NCBI GenBank assembly: GCA_011364925.1
Contig: RDOA01000076.1
Span: 1 to 10,379, forward strand
Direction of reading: 5' to 3'
Source: Promethearchaeota archaeon
Lineage (GTDB): Archaea; Asgardarchaeota; Lokiarchaeia; Sigyniarchaeales; SOKP01
Length of the DNA: 10,379 nucleotides
The notes below the pieces were generated by a model. The model was given only the letters and a program-made list of their open reading frames with translations, ran no database searches and was not told the origin of the DNA. Below are positions 1-6,057 of the stretch, one piece after another. The position numbers and the translations under genes were made by a program. The first letter of the stretch is position 1. Every line of letters begins with the position of its first letter.

Positions 1-28
1 AAAAAAGTTAAATTAGCATCTACTATAT

Positions 29-742
29 TTAAGGGGTTCTTTGTGGTTTAGGCATGAAATTATATAACCATAATGCGAATTCGCGTGGATTTCTTGATTG
101 CATTATAACTCTACCAGGACCCTTTAATTGAGCAACTACACCTTCACCAGAAAGAAAAGTTGATTTCAAACCACCCACTTTTTTGATATCAAAAGAGACG
201 CTTGATTCCATAGCAACCAGATGACCATTATCGCAGTTAAATAATTGACCATCCTCCAGTACTACTTCCATAAAAGCTCCCATTGCCCCAATGAATAAAT
301 CGCCTGGACCGTTTAACGCATCTATTTGCAAATAAAATGCACGTTCGCCACCGAAAAATGACCTTTTTAACCCTAAAAAGTTTGTTTGCGTTTCGAAATG
401 AATTGAACTTGCGACAAAGCATCCACTAAACAAAATCCAGCTATCATTTTTTTCTAGTGAGAGATGCATTAAATCTCCAGGGAAAGCTGGGGCTAAACCC
501 AAGCTACCATCATCCAGAGCGTTAAATGTATTCATGAAAAACGTTTCTCCAGCAAGCACCCGTTTCAACGACTTTAAAAATCCGCTTGATGCTTTTTTCG
601 TAGAGATTTCTAACGTAGGATCGAAAAAAATCATTGTTCCTCCTTCACATTGAATGGTTTGCCCCTTCTTTAAAGCTACTTCTATATAAGAAAAGGTAGG
701 TGACTTCCTAATTTCAAATTCGTATTCTATTCCTTTTGTCAT
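29..742 (-). CDS. TIGR00266 / AIM24-family protein (function unknown)
   Basis: 237-aa ORF with ATG start. Family-typical segments include V-x-L-xxGQ-x-I-x-x-E-x-G-x-M (VALKKGQTIQCEGGTM), LKRVLAGETFFMNTF, LAPAFPGD, FFGGE, G-x-G-D-L-F, DNGHLVAM, VGGLKSTFLSGEG and GPGRVIMQSRN. Confidence 0.9.
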   Translation of the reverse strand: MTKGIEYEFEIRKSPTFSYIEVALKKGQTIQCEGGTMIFFDPTLEISTKKASSGFLKSLKRVLAGETFFMNTFNALDDGSLGLAPAFPGDLMHLSLEKNDSWILFSGCFVASSIHFETQTNFLGLKRSFFGGERAFYLQIDALNGPGDLFIGAMGAFMEVVLEDGQLFNCDNGHLVAMESSVSFDIKKVGGLKSTFLSGEGVVAQLKGPGRVIMQSRNPREFALWLYNFMPKPQRTP

Positions 743-796
743 AAACTAACACTTTTTATTATTATTATTATATTCATCTTCTAACTTACATACTAT

Positions 797-822
797 AATA
801 ATCATTTATAAAAATGATTATT
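797..822. promoter_or_regulatory. Perfect 11-bp inverted repeat enclosing a TATA-like core
   Basis: AATAATCATTT (797-807), ATAA, AAATGATTATT (812-822). It lies between the roadblock stop and the TIGR00266 start. The minus strand reads TTTTTATAAA across the centre. Function is inferred. Confidence 0.45.
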
Positions 823-843
823 TATCAATAGTTAATCTCTTTA

Positions 844-1311
844 TTAGAAGTTCGCTAAAGCTCCTTCACTTCCCCCTGCAGGATCTCTGGGATCCCGATA
901 ATTTAGTATATCATCGTCATCCCCTAAGAACTCATCTAAAATTTTTTTTAATTCGTGCCCGGATCGCTCTAAAATTAATCTAATCAATCCAATATTAATA
1001 TCCGGATCAGAGATGAGGGTGAGAACAGCTTTATATCCACAACCTGAGGTAAAAATTTTACCTCCTGAAAACTCAGTTGTGACTAAATGTAAACCACCAA
1101 GCTCTAAAGAATCTCCTTGTTCTTCAGTTGCAATAAAAACAGCTCCTGCTATTGCTCCGATCCCTTCAACATCGGCTGGGAAGTAGGAAAATTTTGAAAC
1201 GCTGGCTATAGTTAGACCCGTTCTATCAACTAAAATAACTTTTTTTATTCCACTCTCGGAATTTAATACCTCAGAAAGAATATAATCAAAACTTTTGGTA
1301 TCAATCGACAA
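844..1311 (-). CDS. Roadblock/LC7 (MglB/LAMTOR-like) domain protein with acidic C-terminal tail
   Basis: 155 aa, TTG start, tandem TAA TAA stops. Roadblock pattern: N-terminal helix, GIKKVILVDRTGLTIAS, helix GIGAIAGAVF...LELGGL, strands VTTEFSGGKIF and AVLTLISDPDINIGLIRL, C-terminal helix, then the tail GDDDDILNYRDPRDP. Confidence 0.88.
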   Translation of the reverse strand: MSIDTKSFDYILSEVLNSESGIKKVILVDRTGLTIASVSKFSYFPADVEGIGAIAGAVFIATEEQGDSLELGGLHLVTTEFSGGKIFTSGCGYKAVLTLISDPDINIGLIRLILERSGHELKKILDEFLGDDDDILNYRDPRDPAGGSEGALANF

Positions 1312-1475
1312 TTTCTACACTATTTTGCTCAGATTAACTCTGAGAATTAACTTAGAATTTGGAGGGATATAGATTAAAGATAACTTCTCCCGCTATTAAA
1401 TTTTTACACAATCCTCTTAATTTTGCTTTTAGGGTATCTTTAGCAAGATTGGATTACTGATAAAGTAACAGCATA

Positions 1476-1483
1476 TTTATATT
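1476..1483 (+). promoter_or_regulatory. Putative archaeal TATA box for the comDE-like gene
   Basis: TTTATATT lies about 30 nt upstream of ATG 1512, consistent with a short-leader transcript. Confidence 0.4.
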
Positions 1484-1511
1484 ACATTGAATTACTGAAA
1501 GATGATGGTTA

Positions 1512-2714
1512 ATGGAGTTATATGACGAAATTTTTCATATGTGTTCAGAACATGAGATCACCTTTTATTCTACTCTACCTTGCTCGCACAATTTAAAACT
1601 TATACAAAAACTTGAAGAACTTGATGGTAAGATGTTAGAAAATACAACGAAACCTTTAATTCACATACCTTTAGTAAGAGAAGAAAGTGGGATATCCTTA
1701 AGTGCTGGGGCTTATCTGGGAGGTAGAAAAACTGCTATTGTAATCCAGAGTCAGGGTTTAGGAAATATGGTCACCCTAATGCTTTCGTTAAATAGCCAAC
1801 TTGAAGGTTCGTATAAAATCCCTAATCTCCTAATCATTAGTCATCGAGGTTTAGAGGGTGAAAAAATAAATGCTCAAAAGCCCGTAGGATTAAAATCAAA
1901 AGAGATCCTCGATTTGGTTGGATATAAACATTGTTCTGTTAAACACATTTCAGATCTTCAAAAATTTCAAGAATTATTAGGAGCATACGATAGAGGACAA
2001 AGTATTGCAGTATTAGTGGAGCCTGATCGATCTAAACCTGCTTATAGAATTGAGCCCATGAGTTCAATAACAAGAACTCTTAAAGAAAATAGTATTCCTG
2101 AGAAAAAAGTTAAAGCTTCTCTGACTAGACATAAAGTAATCTCTGAAATTACCAATCATATAGGAAATGAATTTATAGTTTCAAATATAGGTCATCCAAG
2201 TAGAGAATTATATAGTATCAAGGATCGAGCTCAAAATTTTTATCTAACGTCGTGTTTAGGGCATTCTTATACATTAGCGCTTGGATTAGCGCTAAGTTTA
2301 AATGATATAGATCAGAAAGTCATATGTTTCGAAGGAGATGGGGGCTTATTGATGAATTCTGGATCGTTATCAATATTAGCTCATAAAAAACCAAAGAATT
2401 TAATTGTTATATTACTCGATAATGGAGTTTGGGGAACCACAGGAAATACTACGACGTATGCACTAAATAATGTAAATTTGAGTAGTGTAGCGCAAGCCTT
2501 TGGATTTCCAAAAGCTAATATAAAAATTATCTTTAAAAAAGAATCACTTGTAGAATGCTTAAAGTATGCACTAAGTAACGATGGACCTTTTCTATTTCAT
2601 GTAATTATCACAGATGAGTACCAAGATGTTCCAATTTTACCCTTTTCTGTCGTAGAAATTAAAAATAGGTTCATGAGATCAATCGAGGATACAAGGTTAT
2701 CTAATATTAGTTAG
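1512..2714 (+). CDS. comDE: Fused ComD-ComE-like thiamine-diphosphate-dependent decarboxylase (sulfopyruvate decarboxylase-like)
   Basis: The N-half has TLPCS, VREESG...AGAYLGG (catalytic Glu region), QxxGLGN and SHRGLEGE..AQxPVG, which are ComD-type. The C-half has IVSNIGHPSRELY..KDR..NFY and the ThDP motif GDG(275-277)-X26-N(304), which are ComE-type. It lacks the GVPDS / NEG / DEPQH motifs I recall for phosphonopyruvate decarboxylases. Confidence 0.8.
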   Translation: MELYDEIFHMCSEHEITFYSTLPCSHNLKLIQKLEELDGKMLENTTKPLIHIPLVREESGISLSAGAYLGGRKTAIVIQSQGLGNMVTLMLSLNSQLEGSYKIPNLLIISHRGLEGEKINAQKPVGLKSKEILDLVGYKHCSVKHISDLQKFQELLGAYDRGQSIAVLVEPDRSKPAYRIEPMSSITRTLKENSIPEKKVKASLTRHKVISEITNHIGNEFIVSNIGHPSRELYSIKDRAQNFYLTSCLGHSYTLALGLALSLNDIDQKVICFEGDGGLLMNSGSLSILAHKKPKNLIVILLDNGVWGTTGNTTTYALNNVNLSSVAQAFGFPKANIKIIFKKESLVECLKYALSNDGPFLFHVIITDEYQDVPILPFSVVEIKNRFMRSIEDTRLSNIS

Positions 2715-2859
2715 AGATATGCTTCTACATCTAACTTCAACTTCCTTTTTAACTCATTGTTTAGTTTATCGTCAAATCCCACAATTTCCTTTACCATTTG
2801 TTTTTGGGTTCCAATATTGTTTGTAGTTAAAAATTGGAGAATTATTAGATACTGGCAGG

Positions 2860-2866
2860 AAAAAAA
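2860..2866 (-). terminator. Oligo-T terminator-like tract
   Basis: A7 on + (T7 on -) lies 5 nt after the stop of the 462-aa gene. Confidence 0.45.
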
Positions 2867-2871
2867 GTAGA

Positions 2872-4260
2872 TTAGGTTTTTATGCGATTTCTGATTAGAA
2901 GAACTGATATTACGCTGAGAGTTCCAATCAGGAGGCAAAGACTGTACACAACATAAAAGTTGTAGCCAGGATTTTCAGGGGGTTGGGTTGAAGGTCCTCC
3001 GGTAGTATCTTTAATAACAATAACTTCGTCAAAAGCTTCCCGATCTCCGATATCACTAACGTAAAACCTGAGTGTTATCGGTCCGTCCTCTAGCGAATTC
3101 CACGCGGTATCGTTTATAACGCCAATTTTAGGCTTGAATGAGATATTAGGCCCTCCGTTAAGCGTATACCACTTCGCTTCGATGTTTTCTTCTCTTATCG
3201 TAAGAATGTATGCCGGGGGATTACTACATTCTTGACCCATTGAAGGATAGCTAATCGAAATTCTTGGAGTAGTCGTATCTACCGTAAAATGGCGAACAGC
3301 GGACTCGTAAATAGTACCCGTAGCATTGTTTCCAAATATTTGAATTTGATGTGAACCTTCGGAAGGCATCGGAATTGTCGTATTTCCTGAGATCGTTTTG
3401 TTAGCCTCTTTATCGAGAGAATATCCCTGCCAATCTAAATTAGTAGTATTATCATAGTTTAGTAGCAAGCCCTCATATGTATTACTTCCAACGGTATAAG
3501 ACGAATCCCAAGAATACGCAACAGCGTCAATATAAGTTTGATAATCTGATTGGGCGTTCTGGGTTTTTATCATAACCTGGTTAATATTACTTACCGTATT
3601 TCGAAAATAACCGTTAAAAACCAAACCAAGCACATCTCCATTTTGATTATAAATATTCCAGGAGAATTGGTTAGTTATAGCATTAAAATCGATTCTATTT
3701 CGATACCAACTATCATTGGCTACTCCATATGCTCCAGCAATCTCGTAAGCTGTATCGATATATCTGAACACTCCTTCTGCAAGCTCAACATGAATGGCTT
3801 CCGTTCCTCCTTCATAAAACATAAGACTCAACCAATTATTAACATTTGTAGAAAGCCACCACCACTCAAATTTCCCAGTTGCTTGATTTGGAAATATTAA
3901 TTCGATTATAGCACTATTTTCACTACTATCGTTCAATTTGACTACTTTTTTATGGTCGAAGATTTCATTCACAACTTCCACGGAACACCCAGCTCCAGAG
4001 AGATCGTTCCAATTATGGGGAATACTTCCATCTATATCGTTTTCAAATCCATAAGTCGCGGGATAGTGTCCGCTGTTAGGTTCGGTGTAAGTTTTGTTTT
4101 CGGGAGTAATGACGGTAATCTCGCTCGTGCTCAATTTTGGATTATTACTATCCTTTATATTTTGGATTATTATTGGAGACGGGTTAAGCGTTGCAAAGGA
4201 TAATGCACAAATCAAAAGTAGTAGAAAAAGCATGCTGTACCTTTTGTTCGTATATTTCAT
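2872..4260 (-). CDS. Secreted, C-terminally anchored cell-surface glycoprotein with a lectin/CBM-like beta-sandwich, Ig-like repeats and a Loki-CTERM-like sorting tail
   Basis: N-terminal basic plus hydrophobic signal (MKYTNKRYSMLFLLLLICALSFA). Beta-rich body with nine N-X-S/T sequons by my count. Archaeal Ig-like repeat signatures (PENKTY, W-x-GYSLD, WYTLNGG, F-T-V-D, IKD). Pro/Gly/Thr linker, then NPGY, a hydrophobic helix and RNRIKT. Confidence 0.85.
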   Translation of the reverse strand: MKYTNKRYSMLFLLLLICALSFATLNPSPIIIQNIKDSNNPKLSTSEITVITPENKTYTEPNSGHYPATYGFENDIDGSIPHNWNDLSGAGCSVEVVNEIFDHKKVVKLNDSSENSAIIELIFPNQATGKFEWWWLSTNVNNWLSLMFYEGGTEAIHVELAEGVFRYIDTAYEIAGAYGVANDSWYRNRIDFNAITNQFSWNIYNQNGDVLGLVFNGYFRNTVSNINQVMIKTQNAQSDYQTYIDAVAYSWDSSYTVGSNTYEGLLLNYDNTTNLDWQGYSLDKEANKTISGNTTIPMPSEGSHQIQIFGNNATGTIYESAVRHFTVDTTTPRISISYPSMGQECSNPPAYILTIREENIEAKWYTLNGGPNISFKPKIGVINDTAWNSLEDGPITLRFYVSDIGDREAFDEVIVIKDTTGGPSTQPPENPGYNFYVVYSLCLLIGTLSVISVLLIRNRIKT

Positions 4261-4356
4261 TGTTATTTACCCTTATTTGTAAAGAATCGTAATATCTAAA
4301 ATGTGTTAAGGTTATATTTACAAAAAATTTCGAGGCTTTAATAACTTGACTAAGCT

Positions 4357-4370
4357 AAAAAAAGAAAAAA
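4357..4370 (-). terminator. Oligo-T terminator-like tract downstream of the abfD-like gene
   Basis: The + strand reads AAAAAAAGAAAAAA, which is T6-C-T7 on the minus strand, about 22 nt after the stop at 4393. Confidence 0.5.
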
Positions 4371-4392
4371 GATTTAAAAAATATTCTTAGAA

Positions 4393-5928
4393 TTATTTTA
4401 CTATTTTTGGTTCTTTTAGAATATGTGGTTCCATATCTAACTTAGGTTTCTTTTTGAATTCTTTGTTGAGCGTATCGTTGATGCCGGCAATTGCTTTTAC
4501 CATCTCTTTTCTGGCTTCAATATCGTACTGTGTAGTAATAGCAATCTGTTCCATTACCGGGGAACCGCCCCCGTGATAACCTCCAACTTGATGGATCCCT
4601 CCAGTTGCAGAACAAAGCATGTCACCAACAAATCGCCAGAATTGAGCAGCGTTTCGAGGGTCGACATTAGGATTCCTGGTAATGTATTTATACAAATAAT
4701 CTTTGATTTCGGGATTAATAAAATCTCTTTCGTGAGGAAATGTAGCAGGAATACCGCCAGATATATCACAAATTATCTCGGCTTCGCGATACACATTTTC
4801 TCCCGTTAAACATCTTCCAACATTGCAATATATAGAATTTGGTATATAACTTCCAGGACCATACGGAATAAACCCTAATCCCGGCATGTAGACTTCTGGT
4901 TTACCTAGATCGGAAGCTGTGTAACCCGCAGCGTAACCGAGTTCTGTCACCATAATTAATTCTGCCAATTTATGTCGTACATGCGGAGCGCGATGGATAT
5001 TATTGTACTCTGCAGCTAACGCAGCTGTACCTGTTACTAAATCTCCTATTGCCGGTTTACATCCTGAATAACTGTGTCGATGAAATAGCGCGAATAAGAG
5101 TGCGAGGGCGCCCGCATGTTGATATTCTCCGCAAAGAAAAACTCTTTCCCATGGGATAAATACATTGTCGAAAATTATATAAGAATCAGTGGCTCCCGGC
5201 ATAAACCCTCTCGGGAAATATTCTCTCTCTCTAAGGTTATGAATGGTAATTACTTGTTTTACGCCTTCGTAATCTCCGGGGATGGCAAATGCTACCGCGT
5301 AATCTTTATCTTCTGGTCTTAATGCTCTAGTTGGAACAACTATTATCTCATCAGACACCGAAGCTTCAGATATATGTAACTTACATCCACTTACTATGAT
5401 TCCATCGTTTCGTTTTTCTACTATATGCACATACATATCGGGGTCTTCTTGATCAGCTGGTCTTTTAATACGATCACCCTTAACATCTGTTTGAGCACAA
5501 GCAGCTATCAAATCTTCTCTTTGGAAGCGTTCCATCCATTTTTTAAAGTTCTCATGATAGTTTGTTTCTCCTTTGTTCATTTTATCGGCTTCGTAGCTCA
5601 CATTATAGACTGCATTTGCACCATCGCATCCCATGCATCTCTGGATACACCCACCAACCTTTTGACATATTTTTCGAGTCATATCTTGCTTTTTATGCAA
5701 ATCATCTGTGCTTTGGTGAATGTGAGTGAATCGATTTATGGTTTCACCCGTTAAATGGGATTTTACTTTCATTAAATCAGCCAATTCATCTACCATATCG
5801 TATGTCATGCCAATCGTATTTAAACAATGCATTTGGCGTTCGTCCAATCTACTGATCTTTTCGCCGTTGTAGTAAATGTTATCTTTCATTTTTCCTAAAT
5901 CTTCCATGTATTGTTCTTTTGTTCTCAT
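4393..5928 (-). CDS. 4-hydroxybutyryl-CoA dehydratase (AbfD)-like FAD/[4Fe-4S] protein of the HpaB/AbfD family; substrate uncertain
   Basis: 511 aa. Motifs: MRTKEQY...IYYNGEKI, INRFTH, C94-IQR-C98, QTDVKGDR, DGIIVSG-x-K-x-H, IFDNVFIPWERVFL, H283-RHSYSG-C290-K and HGGGSP. The CX3C plus HX6C cluster ligands distinguish it from the HpaB monooxygenases. SD-like AAGAGGT upstream. Confidence 0.85.
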   Translation of the reverse strand: MRTKEQYMEDLGKMKDNIYYNGEKISRLDERQMHCLNTIGMTYDMVDELADLMKVKSHLTGETINRFTHIHQSTDDLHKKQDMTRKICQKVGGCIQRCMGCDGANAVYNVSYEADKMNKGETNYHENFKKWMERFQREDLIAACAQTDVKGDRIKRPADQEDPDMYVHIVEKRNDGIIVSGCKLHISEASVSDEIIVVPTRALRPEDKDYAVAFAIPGDYEGVKQVITIHNLREREYFPRGFMPGATDSYIIFDNVFIPWERVFLCGEYQHAGALALLFALFHRHSYSGCKPAIGDLVTGTAALAAEYNNIHRAPHVRHKLAELIMVTELGYAAGYTASDLGKPEVYMPGLGFIPYGPGSYIPNSIYCNVGRCLTGENVYREAEIICDISGGIPATFPHERDFINPEIKDYLYKYITRNPNVDPRNAAQFWRFVGDMLCSATGGIHQVGGYHGGGSPVMEQIAITTQYDIEARKEMVKAIAGINDTLNKEFKKKPKLDMEPHILKEPKIVK

Positions 5929-5938
5929 CTGTAAATTT

Positions 5939-5945
5939 ACCTCTT
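5939..5945 (-). promoter_or_regulatory. Shine-Dalgarno-like site of the abfD-like gene
   Basis: The minus strand reads AAGAGGT, 10 nt before ATG 5928. Confidence 0.55.
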
Positions 5946-6057
5946 ATTTGATTTTATAAATTTATATACTTGATAAAAATCTATCTTACTTTTATCTATA
6001 AATAATTAATCCATGTTCTATGAAAAATATAATGCCTTTTAATTATCTTCAAAGGTA

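Noticed and set aside
237-422. 61-aa alternative-frame ORF
   Set aside because: It lies wholly within the well-supported TIGR00266 gene and has no recognisable motifs.
2711-2938. 75-aa ORF as a full gene
   Set aside because: Its 5' part overlaps the surface-protein gene and runs through the T7 terminator-like tract. Only the last 28 codons look protein-like (see findings).
3550-4282. Three + strand ORFs (116, 83, 62 aa)
   Set aside because: Antisense shadows of the 462-aa surface-protein gene.
4554-5754. ORFs 4554-4769, 4573-4809, 5116-5322 and 5425-5754
   Set aside because: Alternative-frame or antisense shadows inside the abfD-like gene.
4393-5928. Annotation as 4-hydroxyphenylacetate 3-monooxygenase (HpaB)
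   Set aside because: The CX3C and HX6C Fe-S ligands are present and no flavin reductase is nearby, which fits the AbfD branch.
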